DNA of 64,000 nt from Minutocellus sp. GHC0000111. Taxonomy: Eukaryota. The notes under the pieces were generated by a model. That model searched no databases and was not told where the DNA came from. It saw only the letters and a list, made by a program, of their open reading frames with translations. How positions within the stretch are numbered: the first letter of the stretch is position 1; the number at the start of each line of letters is the position of its first letter. The DNA is taken from contig OZ361261.1 of NCBI GenBank assembly GCA_977018835.1, positions 1-64,000 on the forward strand, written 5' to 3'. The translations under genes and the position numbers were made by a program. Positions 23,706-34,931 of this stretch are shown one piece after another.

Positions 23706-23917
23706 AGAATGCTCCATTGCGACATAGACACGACGTAGCGTTAAAATTCGCTCTCAAATTAAAGTTATGTTACTTTTGTTACACAGTCAGGGGTCGTCGT
23801 GGATTGTTTCATGTAAATGAGACATATAGAAAAAAAATATCGATGCGCGTTGGCCGATGCCATGATTCGGATTATTCCAGACAATCAATGCGGCCCGCAG
23901 CAATCTGGACATTCTTT

Positions 23918-25120
23918 TCAGCACGAAGCGGCAGTCGCGGACTTTTTTGGCGAAGAAAACTTGTGGAATTTCTTCACCAAACCCTTGGCCTTGCCCAGCT
24001 TGCTTTTCCTCGTCTTGACCTTCTTGCTCTCGACACTGGCAGCAGGTGCAGGAGCCGGAACAGCCGCAGTTGTAGCCGAGGTCGCACCTGCAGCAGTGGT
24101 CACAGCACCCTCCAGCTCCCCAAGGGCCGCCTTGTGCGCGTTCTCCACGACCTCCATCGCCTCCTTCCGTTCCCGAATCTTCTTCTCAAGCGCAGCGATG
24201 AGGAGCGCCTCCCGACCAGCGTACCGCTCGAGCAGGACCTGGCCCTTGCTCTCGAGCTCGTCGGGGGAGAAGCACTGTTCCCCGTAGGCATCTCGGAGCA
24301 GAACCTGGATGCGGCGGGAGGTGGCGTCGGTTTCGATCTTCTGGAGGTCCGAGGTGATGTCGAGGATATCATCTGTGTTGTCGGCGGCGGCGTTGGTTGG
24401 TTCGGGGCCCTCCTCTTCGGTGGTGATGTTGGCCGTGTTGTCGGTGGTGTCTGCCGGGGAGGCCTCGTTCTTGTCCGCAACCACCGCGTTGGGATCGGCG
24501 TCATCTTGAACGGTGGGCCCGACCTTCTCCTCCTTGGTCTTGGCGTTGGTGTCATCGCCGCTCTCGATTTTATGAAGGACCACATCCTCACTGTTGGCCG
24601 GTGCCTTGCTGGTAGTTGTGGCATGGTCCTTGATTTCCTTGTCCTTCTCATCGGTAGTGGTAGTCTTGGCGGTGGTGGCGGCGGTATCCTCCTCCTTGGC
24701 ATCGCTGTTGTCGCCGTTGGCGTTACCGCTGGACGGCGACTCGACGATGGTCTCGGGGGTGTTGCTGGCAGCTGCGCCCTTGGCCTTGGCCTTCTTGATG
24801 GGGGAAACATCGTCGGGGAAGGGGTTGCGCAACATCCCGCTAAAGGCCGAGAGGGTTTCGCTCAGGATGGACCCCTCCTCGTTCCCCTCCTGGGTGGCGT
24901 CGACGTCCTCGTCCTTCTTGTCGGTCTCGATCATTTCCTGCAGGGTATCCGCGGCGGCAGCGGCGGGGGAGTTGGGTTCCTCAAGGACCCCAATGTCCTT
25001 TTGGAGGTCGATGCCGGAGCTCTCGTCGAGGACGCTGTTGCTTCGGCTGGCGTTGTGGACCGACGCCTCGGCATCGCTCACTGTCTCGGCAGCCTGCGCC
25101 GATTGCTTTACCACCGTCAT
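23918..25120 (-). CDS. Acidic low-complexity protein with C-terminal helical domain
   Basis: GC3-rich codon usage; LLERYAGREALLIAALEKK helical motif; basic tail. Confidence 0.7.
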   Translation of the reverse strand: MTVVKQSAQAAETVSDAEASVHNASRSNSVLDESSGIDLQKDIGVLEEPNSPAAAAADTLQEMIETDKKDEDVDATQEGNEEGSILSETLSAFSGMLRNPFPDDVSPIKKAKAKGAAASNTPETIVESPSSGNANGDNSDAKEEDTAATTAKTTTTDEKDKEIKDHATTTSKAPANSEDVVLHKIESGDDTNAKTKEEKVGPTVQDDADPNAVVADKNEASPADTTDNTANITTEEEGPEPTNAAADNTDDILDITSDLQKIETDATSRRIQVLLRDAYGEQCFSPDELESKGQVLLERYAGREALLIAALEKKIRERKEAMEVVENAHKAALGELEGAVTTAAGATSATTAAVPAPAPAASVESKKVKTRKSKLGKAKGLVKKFHKFSSPKKSATAASC

Positions 25121-25515
25121 GGCTGGGGGGGCAGAAGGGAGCAATAATTGAAGAAAATTTGAAGAAAAATTCAAGACCCGGGAATTGTTTGCGCTTGTTT
25201 GAAAATTTTTGAACGGCCACCGCTGTCCAGCCGTCCGAACAATTTGGGTCTGCCGGGCTTGCTCGCATGTTACCTAGGTAGGCCTACCTAGGCGCAGCTG
25301 TTTGAATTTTGCTGAGTTTCCATGATGTGGTCATGACGATATCATAAAAAGGCCTTGCGCCTTGACCTCCTGCCTGCTGCCTGGCACTCAGCTCTGGCAC
25401 TCGCCCCCCTCCTTGTCCACCAGCATGGAGCAGGTTTAAACTACCGGTATTTAGGCAGACATCGAATCTATACATGCGCATGTGTGTGTAGATCTGCGCC
25501 AACTACAGTCTAAGT

Positions 25516-27365
25516 CTAGATTTTCACCGACCCGTCGGTAACAACATAAAACACTCCCATGTGATCCAAACAGGCCAGAACATCGCCGAGCGTCGGTCTG
25601 GTCCCTCCCTCGAATGGAATGAGCGGCTGATAATGTCCAGGGACATATCTCAACGTAATAGTGTTGGTACTTGCCCAATTGCGATCCGTGTCGGCGATGG
25701 ATTTGTATCCCTTTCCCTTGTACACGTCCACAAAGCCAGATGTCGTATCGAACACACACACGGCCCAATCGGCCAGCAAAGTCGAGGAATCCAAGGTGTA
25801 CACCAAAAAGTCCGAGAATGCCTGCACTTCTTCGCCGACCAAGCCCCGTGCCGCCCATTCTGGATGCGCTTTGACGACAGCGGCCTCAATTAGGCGCTTG
25901 AGCTGAAGAGCTGTCTCGCCAGTCATTGCATCGTCGGCCTCCTGCAACTTTTTGGCCACGTCCCTGTCGACGCCGTCCATTCCACCCTCTGGACAAGTCA
26001 ACGCGCCGATGCCACGTAGATACGAGTTCGCAAGGCTAAGATAAAGCACGAGTTGGATATGAGATCGTTGCGTTCATTCACATTGATCGATCCGGCCTCG
26101 TATGGAGTCAATCCCAACTCCGTCAGTGCTGTCTGAAGTTTTTGGGAATTCTCCTCCGAATTGGCGCCGTGATTGGCGAATAAGTCCTCCACGAGGCGCC
26201 GATGGTCCTGCAGCTCGGCATCCCAATGAGCGGTCGACTTGAGGCTGATGGGACCGGTCTCGGGAGACGCCACTTGCGTATTGTCGTGGCCCGGATTCAG
26301 CAATGCCCGATACGCTCGGGCTATTCGAAAGAATTCATCTGCCGACCCACCCTTGTCCGGATGCGTCTCGAGAGCAAGCTTGCGATAGGCAGATTTGATC
26401 TCTTCCACTGTCGCATCGCGCGGTACTCCCAAGATATCGTGCGGGTCCATGGCATTCTGACTGGTTTTGGTGGGCCCACTGGATTCACCCCGGTGCAGTA
26501 CCAGTGCCACGTCCAGCATCGACAGCTCCATCGCCCGGCGGATTTCATCTTGCTCCATCTGTTCCGGATTTTCCCTCGATAGATATGCCGCGGTCTGGGA
26601 AAGAGATCGGCTCATTCGGGAGTGTGCATCTCGTTTGCCCCCGAAAGATCCCCCGCTGCCCCGAGACGGTTGCAGGTCTCTCTTGCCTCTTCGTATCGCA
26701 GAACCAAAGCTCGACATTCGTTTGAATAGATTTCCGCCGCCCCCTGATGACACCGAAGAACTACCTACTACCGGCGCACTGGCATGCCCGTCAAACCCTT
26801 GTTCCGTTATCGGATCCAATGTTGACAAAGACTGTCCCGTTTGGCCCTGATCGACGAGCGCAACTATCGCCGGAACGAAAGAACCTAGCTCAATCTGCGA
26901 CCAATGCTCCCCCGCTTGCAATCCCGACATGCGTTCCAGCCACGTCGAATCCACCACCGGCACATCGTGCGCCTGACATTCGACGATTTTGGACTGCAGA
27001 ATTGCCAGATTGGTAGCAACACCGTTCTCCGACTTGGGTGTTGACGGTGCGTACAATGCATGAGTTGCATCTTCTGGCAGTGGCACCACCTGGCCGCCCA
27101 AGGCTGCGACGAAGGCGGCCATATCCGATGCCGCCGCGCTCGCTGTGCGTTCGTCCTCGCTGTCGGTCAGTATGTAAATGCTTGCACCTGACAATGGGTA
27201 GGACTCCCCTCCACCACCGCCATTGGCAGTCCCAGAAACATTCGTCCTCACAGCATCCTGACTTTCGGCCGAGGGAGCCGGCCGGAGGAGGTCCCAGTGC
27301 CATTCGAACGGATCTGGATTCGACGTCAGATCGTGCGGAAAGGGATGATGAGGTGGACTGGACAT
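25516..27365 (-). CDS. BRCT-UIM-DnaJ-(OTU-like) multidomain protein, frameshift near 26045
   Basis: VAALGGQV...THAL...VVDSTWL (BRCT-like); EIRRAMELS (UIM); ILGV...HPDKGG (J domain); NSCF/YLSLA...GHYQPL (OTU-like). Confidence 0.75.
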
Positions 27366-27860
27366 TGTGATTGCTAATTTATTTTGGTGCGTGTGGAATC
27401 TATCAATGCGCGTATCTTCCAAACCCGGCACGAATGACAAGCACGTCGGTGCCCGTCATGTTCTCGCGTTCTCGATCTCGTGCCAAAGCATAATGAAAAG
27501 ATGTGTTCTGACCGCCATCAGTACGTACGCCAACTCGTAGTCGTCTACGTTACAACAGCCCCTGCGACATGGATTCGACATCTTGGGTTGCTCATCTTGT
27601 GCAGCTTCGCGTCACATCTGCTTCCCCAGCACGATATCTCGATATGCCAACGAAGCAGAAGCCACGGGTTTGGGAAGAGGCGACGCTCTCATTGCGCTTG
27701 TGTGGCATTTCATTGTACCGGTTCTCGATCCCACACAAGTTCTTGTGATCGTAGGCAAACGGCAGAGTAGGAATACATGTATCTTACTTCCTACAATTAC
27801 TTCCTACAATTGATTACTCTCGAGAGGAGATCACCTTATTCAACCAACCAACACAAGATA

Positions 27861-28700
27861 ATGATGCAGCCGGCCGACTCTCCAAGATCCATTGCCAACT
27901 TCTTCACAAGAGACGGCCTCATCCAGAACAACAACAACAAGAAGCAGCAGCAGCCATCACCTCCTCCTCTTCATAGAATTCGATTCGACAACAAAGTCCG
28001 CGTCCTCCTCGTTCCATCGACCAAGGACTTTACGAGAGAAGAGATCGACTCGATCTACACCACGCCCGAAGACACAGACGATATTGAGGATGGGATCATA
28101 GAGACCATGCTTCTCATGAGAAGACGGATGCAAACAACGTCTACCTCGGCCTCTACACCACTACTATCGTTTGATGATGCCCACGAGGAACGCATCGAGA
28201 TGAGCCATCAGACATCGTTTCGAGGTCTCGAGCATTTGCTCCATCCAATGGGAGCCGCACGGCAGAAGAGGGGCCGTCAGCTTCTGATCACTTCCATCGT
28301 CGAACGACAACGAACAGATACGTCTGGCAAACGTATAATCAACGCCGATGAGCTCGCCATGATGTCTCAGCTACTCTCACGAGATGCCATTGACCGTGCT
28401 CGTGCTAAGGGCATCGAATATGAGCGAGCCGAGAAGAAGTCCTATGCAGGCATCTTCCGACCAACGCCGAAACTCTTTGACGAACATACCAATGGTAAAA
28501 AGGACGATGCATGTGCATGTTATGAAGTTCCAACAACTCCTTCTCGAACATACTATGCATCATCGACAAGCAGCCCCAACCTGATGCGATCAATCTCTCA
28601 TAAGGCAAGCAACGCATGGAGTAGTTTTGATTCCGAGAGATCGATGAGGTCGCTCAGATCATACGGGCGCCGTCAAGGGACGTCGGCAAGCTCGGCATGA
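27861..28700 (+). CDS. Uncharacterised family protein, paralog 2
   Basis: RIRFDNKVRV...FRGLEHLL...DRARAKGIEYERAE; close to 33123-33890. Confidence 0.8.
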   Translation: MMQPADSPRSIANFFTRDGLIQNNNNKKQQQPSPPPLHRIRFDNKVRVLLVPSTKDFTREEIDSIYTTPEDTDDIEDGIIETMLLMRRRMQTTSTSASTPLLSFDDAHEERIEMSHQTSFRGLEHLLHPMGAARQKRGRQLLITSIVERQRTDTSGKRIINADELAMMSQLLSRDAIDRARAKGIEYERAEKKSYAGIFRPTPKLFDEHTNGKKDDACACYEVPTTPSRTYYASSTSSPNLMRSISHKASNAWSSFDSERSMRSLRSYGRRQGTSASSA

Positions 28701-29004
28701 GAGAAAGCCCAATTTGCTTATGTTCGATATGTATACGTTGGGGAAAATACGCTCTTAATTCAATACATGAAAGTTGATAGTTAGTAAACGCAGCATGGTG
28801 TCTTGTATATAGTGATACTGTAGATCTATATGGTTAGGATCACGAGGTGCAGGTTGGTAAAGTCCACGTTTCGTCAAAAAGATGATTCGATAGGACTGAT
28901 GCGTCGAGCCGTGCGCCGCCGTTCCACGCAAACGACACGCCTCTAACTATCTTCCACATTACCAAAATAGATTACTCCAACCGACTAGAAATAAGAAAAC
29001 AACA

Positions 29005-29939
29005 ATGAGAAACTCGCCCATAGCCTTCATTGCTATGACCTTGCTCTTCCTGGCATCCCTTCCCTCGTCAGCTGCTTTTAGCGCCTCGCTCAAAGCTCAA
29101 GGCAGCAACGAGACCATTCTTTCTGACGATCATGAGCTTTCCTCTAGCCACGATTCCGGGGCTGAGGCACCGACTGAAGTCGAAAGCTGGACGGAGGCCC
29201 TCTCATCTCCAAAAGTTCAGGAACCAGGCAACTCGTTTATTCTTCAGATACAAATGCAAGGGCAGATGCAAATGGAAACGAGCGCTGTCGGACTGGCAGT
29301 GCTGCAAGATGCCTTCAATGGCATTGATAATCTAACCAAGAAGAACCTCACCGATTTTTGTGAATATGGACTATACTTCGTTGACGTCACAGAGAAATTG
29401 TCTGGCAAGCTTGGCCCTGCCGATCTCAAGGAAAAGCTAAGAATTTATCTGGACGAAGAGTCCGGGAAAGGGGTAGCCAATGCCCTCCAAGATATCGCGA
29501 CCGCAATCTTGGACGCAATGATGAAAAATCCAAAACGCATGCAACGCTTTTTATCCGAAGAAGACGCCGCATTGCTGCAAAAGGACCCGGTCGCATTCGG
29601 GGATAAAAGGAAAGAGGAAATCAAAGCAAGCGTCGAGGCATGGCTCCCATTATTTTCGAACGAACAGTTCTCTGTTTTTTCGATGTGCTGAAAGGGATGG
29701 AGGCTGCTGAACTACATGATACACTCAAGGAAACCATCCGTGATACGAGATCGCTTCTGAAGGGAGTGAAGAAGTTGAACCCCAAGAGAAGCAACTTTGA
29801 TATCAAACTTGTTCGGTGCGTCCTAAAGTATGTACTTCCACCTCAAGATTATGCGAAAATCTCAAAGTACATTACTCTCATGGTCAAGCAGTTTAGAAAT
29901 GCTCAAAACGCCCACAATCCTCTGATTGCGGCTATGTAA
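29005..29939 (+). CDS. Hypothetical protein with signal peptide (SAAF), frameshift near 29680
   Basis: ORFs 29005-29691 and 29640-29939 overlap and both read as helical coding sequence. Confidence 0.55.
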
Positions 29940-30009
29940 CCCACCTGACTGAATATAGTCCTCTACAGTAGAATAAAACATGAAATATCGCACTTCTTCA
30001 TTCCTTCAG

Positions 30010-30849
30010 TTAGTCCTCATTTATCTCATCATCACCGTGTGGGCAATTCAGCACATCGTCCAACGAAGCACCGAACGTATCACCAAAGAACAGTTCTTCC
30101 ATCTCCAATCGCGGCGTCTTGGGCATGGCATCCTCATCATACCCACCACTGCCATCCTCCTTCGCTTCTTCTCTATAGGCATGTCCCGTCGCCACCACGA
30201 GCGGCATGGCGTACCGATTGGGCACCCTTAGCACCTCCCTCGCCCTCCGCACGTCGTACCCCTCCATCATGCACGTGCCCAACCCGTGGCTGTGCGCCGC
30301 CATGGTGTACAGCATGGCGCTCAGCGCGGCGTTCTTGTACGACCAGCTCTCCACCGATTCGATGCTGGGCATGGGCTGGACGGGACTCAGGGCGCTGGTG
30401 GCCAGCTGCTTGAGCAGCGTGGCGGCGTGTCCCTCACCTGTGAGAAACGACGTTGCCACCGGCAATATGGCCATGTAGTTGGGATCCCGACATTGCGATT
30501 GCTTTTCCAGCTCGTAGATCCGCGGTATCCGTTTGCTAATTTCCAAATCCGTCACAAATACCGCCATGGCCGCACAGTCCCTTGTTCGGTATTGGTTGCC
30601 CAGTCCGAGCATGGCCTCGGAAGCTAACTTGTTTTTGATTTGCGGATCGCGGACCAGGATGGTGTGGGTGGGCTGCAGATTGAATCCGCTGGGCGCGGTG
30701 CGGGTGGTTTCCAGTATGGACCGCAGAACGGCGGGTTCGATCCCAGCGCTGGGATCGAACCGTCGGGTCGATCGGCGGCTTTGCGCCAGCTGCCGAAAGA
30801 GACGAGAGACCGCGGTTGCTGAGGTGGTCGTTGCTTTCGCGGCCGTCAT
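30010..30849 (-). CDS. Nitroreductase family protein
   Basis: RRSTRRF, APSGFNLQP and GLGTCMMEGYD motifs. Confidence 0.92.
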   Translation of the reverse strand: MTAAKATTTSATAVSRLFRQLAQSRRSTRRFDPSAGIEPAVLRSILETTRTAPSGFNLQPTHTILVRDPQIKNKLASEAMLGLGNQYRTRDCAAMAVFVTDLEISKRIPRIYELEKQSQCRDPNYMAILPVATSFLTGEGHAATLLKQLATSALSPVQPMPSIESVESWSYKNAALSAMLYTMAAHSHGLGTCMMEGYDVRRAREVLRVPNRYAMPLVVATGHAYREEAKEDGSGGYDEDAMPKTPRLEMEELFFGDTFGASLDDVLNCPHGDDEINED

Positions 30850-31393
30850 TTTCTTGTGTGGATTTGTAGTGGTATGTAATATGCTGCTTTTCAGGTACTT
30901 CGATGAAGAAGAGAAACCCGAGCACGCGACGGCGATACCTGCGTTCCGTGGCGGCTAGTCAAAGTGGAATGGATTGGCCTTGGTCGGACCTTGCTTTTGC
31001 TTCGTCTCCTTGCCTTCGATACGCGGTCGACGATGCTGACTTGGAAAAAATGAGCCGAACCAAAAAATACGGTCGACTTACAGACCATATCGGCGACTTT
31101 TGAGGAGCGCGAGTCGGCGAAGTACCACCGCCACGAAATCCGCCTGCCCGACCTGCCGAACCAAGAACGACCCGCCACATGAAGAGCTGAAAGTAGGACT
31201 GAACTGCTGCTGCTTCCCTCTTTGAGTTGGTACCCATCGCCTTGATACAGTGGGGTTTTCCGTCACATTCTACCACACTTCTTGCTTTGAAACAATTTTC
31301 CATTCAGTTGTTTGTCGGTTGCTGTTCACAATTTAGAAATTGCAATTCCATTCTCGTCTTGCTGCCGAGGGCAAATACTACAGAATAACAGCC

Positions 31394-32944
31394 ATGGAAC
31401 TCGATCCCATCCCCGCCAGCGCCCTCGGTGGGCTGACTTCGACGACCGCCCCGGGCAAGACCTTCGCCACCCGGTCCGATCTGGTGGCCCACTACAAATC
31501 CGACTGGCATCGCTATAATCTCAAGCGTCGGGAGGCCGGCCTGCCCATGCTGCGCGAATCCGACTTCCAGGCCCGATTGGAGGCCGCCCTGGCACTGCGG
31601 AAGGAGCGGGAGCAGAGGGAGGAGCGCAGCGGGACGGGGCATTTGAAGGGTGGCAAGAATAAGGGGAAGAAGGATAAGGGCAAGGATAAGAAGAATCAGA
31701 AGGGAGGCAAGAAGGAGCGGAGGGAGGCCAAGCACTCTGCCGCGCGGACCATGGCCGTCGAGGTGGAGGATACCAGCGACGACGACAACGATGATAGCAG
31801 CGAAGCCGAGCAGGCACAGCAGCAGGAGCAAGATGGCTGCAAGATGGACGAAGATCCGCAAGAGACTTCTACAACCGGAGGTGGCGGAGAGGACCCAACC
31901 CCCGCCATCGACCCGTGCCAGTCCCTCTTCGACAACACCCTCCACCGCAGCCCCGAGGCCTCCCTGTCGTACATGTCGCAAAAGTACGGATTCTTCCTCC
32001 CCGACATGGAGTACTGCATCGACCTCGAGGGTCTGCTGGGCTACTGCCAGGAAAAAGTCAAGCTGGGACACTACTGCCTCTACTGCCAGCGCATCTACAA
32101 GACGTGGAGCGGCTGTCAGAAGCACATGATCGACGCCAGCCATTGCAAGCTCAAGTACGAACGGGGGGTCGACCAGGAGGAGTTCGATGTGTTTTATGAC
32201 TTTAGCGAGGCCAATGCCGAGTTTTTGGGCAGCGGCAAGGGTGGTAGTGCAAAGGAGGATGCCGAGGAGGGAGAGGTCGTGTACGAAGACGACATGGACG
32301 ACGAGGATGGCGAGTGGGAGGATATCTCTGACGATGAGATGGGCGATGACGACGACGACGACGACATGGAAGGTGCAGAGGATGACTACCAGGAGTACGA
32401 GGCCGAGCTCAAGACGCACGGCTTCGACATCACCCCGCTGGGCGAGCTCATCTTCCCCGACGGGCGGATCATCGGCCACCGGGGACTGTCGAGGTACTAC
32501 AAGCAGCGCTTCGCCCCCGACGGGGAGCGGGCTGCCGTGACGGCCGCCCGTCGAGCGGCCGGAGAGCGGGTGTATGCCGGCCGGGTCCATCAGATTGGCG
32601 GCCCTGCCGCTGCTGCCACCGGCGGTGGCGACAACAGCCGAGAGACCACCCTCGCCCTGGCCAAGGCCGGTCTGGTGGCCGGTGCCGCCGCCGGCAGGTC
32701 CGGCAGGGGCATCCTCGTCCCCACCTCGGGCACGTCCGGTCCGTCGGGCGGTGGTGGCGCCGCCGGTGCTGGTAGCTTCACGGCCCTGTCGCTCTACCGG
32801 TACAAGGCGGCCGTGAAGAAGTCCAGGAGGGAGGAGGCCAAGGGCCACCGTCTGCAGCAGAGGACCAAGATGAACATCAACCGGATGGACAAGAAGGCCA
32901 ACCGCTTGATGAACGGAGTGTCGGTTGCCCATGCCGCGAGGTAG
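31394..32944 (+). CDS. REI1: Cytoplasmic pre-60S maturation factor REI1/ZNF622
   Basis: HYKSDWHRYNLKR, YGFFLPD.EYC.DLEGLLGY, CLYC...HM...HCK and IGHR.L.RYYKQ motifs. Confidence 0.93.
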   Translation: MELDPIPASALGGLTSTTAPGKTFATRSDLVAHYKSDWHRYNLKRREAGLPMLRESDFQARLEAALALRKEREQREERSGTGHLKGGKNKGKKDKGKDKKNQKGGKKERREAKHSAARTMAVEVEDTSDDDNDDSSEAEQAQQQEQDGCKMDEDPQETSTTGGGGEDPTPAIDPCQSLFDNTLHRSPEASLSYMSQKYGFFLPDMEYCIDLEGLLGYCQEKVKLGHYCLYCQRIYKTWSGCQKHMIDASHCKLKYERGVDQEEFDVFYDFSEANAEFLGSGKGGSAKEDAEEGEVVYEDDMDDEDGEWEDISDDEMGDDDDDDDMEGAEDDYQEYEAELKTHGFDITPLGELIFPDGRIIGHRGLSRYYKQRFAPDGERAAVTAARRAAGERVYAGRVHQIGGPAAAATGGGDNSRETTLALAKAGLVAGAAAGRSGRGILVPTSGTSGPSGGGGAAGAGSFTALSLYRYKAAVKKSRREEAKGHRLQQRTKMNINRMDKKANRLMNGVSVAHAAR

Positions 32945-33122
32945 ATAAATGATGTTATTTTACATAGAATATCGTGTTCCAAATAGTGGTTTATATAATG
33001 GTTTGTTCATTTTTATCAAGAATTATGACTGGTTTCGTTTCGCCTTGTTTCGTTTCGTTCTGTCGACGATGTTTTGTCTTGTTCCACATCTTGCCACAGG
33101 ATGAAATCCTCGACCGATATTG

Positions 33123-33890
33123 TTACATCTTGCCGTAGGTCGGTGGTCGCCTCCTTGTTGCTGCGGATCTTTCCGGGCGTACATTCGTCGACCAGGAAAA
33201 TGGCGAAGAAGGAGAAAGTTGGTACCGATATGATTTCCTTGCTTGGCGGAGATGAGTTTTGGGGCTCATCAAATTCGGGCAGCTTGCCGATGAGCCTTCT
33301 TGTTGTGGACGAGGGAAGTGTTGTCGAGGTTGTCGAGGAGGTACCAACTCCTCTTCCAAGTTCTTGGTGATGTTTTGCAGGATTAATTGAGAATCAGCAC
33401 GGAAACGCCCCACCTCAGCTCGTTCGTATTCGATGCCACGTGCCCTTGCACGATCTGTGGCATCCTTTGATAGCATCCGCGACATTTGAGCGAGTTCGTC
33501 TTCGTTGACTATGCGCCGGCCGTGCGCATCCCTCTGTTGCTTGTGGACAATTGAATTCAAGAGGAGATGGCGACCGCGCTTTTGCTGCGTTGAACCGGAC
33601 GGACTCAAAAGGTGCTCAATGCCTCGAAAGGTTGTGCCTTCCTTGTCGTCGAAAAACGATAGCCTCCTTCTCGTCTGATTTCTCATCTTGATCGTGGCGT
33701 CGGCAACCTCATCTTCGTTCTGTTCGATATCCCTCTGTGAGATCCAAGTTCGCCGGATCTCCTTCTGTGTCAGGTCTTTTCGCGATGGGATAAACGCTAC
33801 ACGATCGATCGTGCTGAAGCGGACTCCACGGCGACGCGGTTGGGCGGGATCGCTGGGATTGGAGCGATCGTGGCGACAGGAGATATTCAT
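33123..33890 (-). CDS. Uncharacterised family protein, paralog 3
   Basis: GVRFSTIDRV...FRGIEHLL...DRARARGIEYERAE. The ORF-track extension to 33956 runs into the transposon TIR. Confidence 0.8.
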   Translation of the reverse strand: MNISCRHDRSNPSDPAQPRRRGVRFSTIDRVAFIPSRKDLTQKEIRRTWISQRDIEQNEDEVADATIKMRNQTRRRLSFFDDKEGTTFRGIEHLLSPSGSTQQKRGRHLLLNSIVHKQQRDAHGRRIVNEDELAQMSRMLSKDATDRARARGIEYERAEVGRFRADSQLILQNITKNLEEELVPPRQPRQHFPRPQQEGSSASCPNLMSPKTHLRQARKSYRYQLSPSSPFSWSTNVRPERSAATRRRPPTYGKM

Positions 33891-33991
33891 TCTGCTGCGC
33901 AGCTGAGTCTTCGTTTCTCGGTGTTCAACTTTAGGTACAGTGGTTTTCCAAAACACTCCACATAGGCGTACTTACACTCGCGCCACCCGCT

Positions 33992-34808
33992 CCCAGCTCT
34001 GAGTTTTTGCCAAACGGACCGCCAAGCGCCGGGAGTACCGTTCTCGACGATTTGTGGGCCGAATTGCTTCATTCTTTCAACTAAACGTCTCTGTTGGACC
34101 ATACGGTGGTGGCTGACCCCTTGGTCCGGTCGCCGTAGCCCTTCTACACGTATTTTACGACCCCACTGCCCCCCGGAGTGGACCCCGTCGGTACCACCCG
34201 CTGAGTTTGAGGTGAGTGGCCGGCCGAATAAGTCCTCGGATCTACCGCTGCGGCATGGGGATGTTGTCTATGGGTATATTCCCGGTGTCTCCTGCGGCGG
34301 TCCGGGCGGAATCGGCCGAGAACTCATCACGGACGGTCCAATCCTGAGTTCGCGTTTTTCCACCCATTTTTCGGCCCTCACCCACCCTCCTTCCCAATGC
34401 CCCTACCATATCCCCCACAGATCGCCGTCGGCCGTCTCCACCCCCTCAAGTCCTCTCGTTGGTGCTATAGTTTGGCTCTGAGAACGGTGAGTTGGGTCCC
34501 GAGGCGGTATACGTTCGTAATCGTCGGCATGGCATGTCCGACACGTGATTTTTACCCCCCTTTTTGACCCCTCCCCGGAGGTCGGACCTGGCGGCGGAGG
34601 GCATAATGGGTCCGCCGGTGGTGCTGCTACCGGCAGCAGCCTCCCTTGGGGTGTTGGTGGGCGTGTGGATGCCCGCGGGGCGGCCGACGGGCCCGTATTC
34701 TGCTCCCAAACCGGGTCGGACGGCATGGGGATTTTTGTGGGAATTTCGGGACTACATCTCACCTCTTCCTTCTATTGTCCATTTGCTCCGTGTTGGAAGG
34801 GATATCAT
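33992..34808 (+). repeat. Left long TIR of inner element (817 bp)
   Basis: Reverse complement of 38702-39519; by eye about 9 substitutions and one C-run indel. Confidence 0.95.
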
Positions 34809-34931
34809 CGCTCGGACGAACATCATAAGTCCATTCTAATACTATGTGATCCGTCATTGGCATTCATTTGACTGGGTTGGTTGGCTTTGTTTGGTTGGAG
34901 TTGCATTTCTGACAACAAATTGCAATAGAGG

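Noticed and set aside
31394..32944. Low TpA in GC-rich host genes as evidence for the mutational process
   Set aside because: Explained by codon bias; these genes keep their TAC Tyr codons.
33936..33975. True RSS (heptamer-spacer-nonamer)
   Set aside because: No ACAAAAACC-like nonamer at 12 or 23 bp and no 5-bp TSD; TA|CAGTAG explains both ends more simply.
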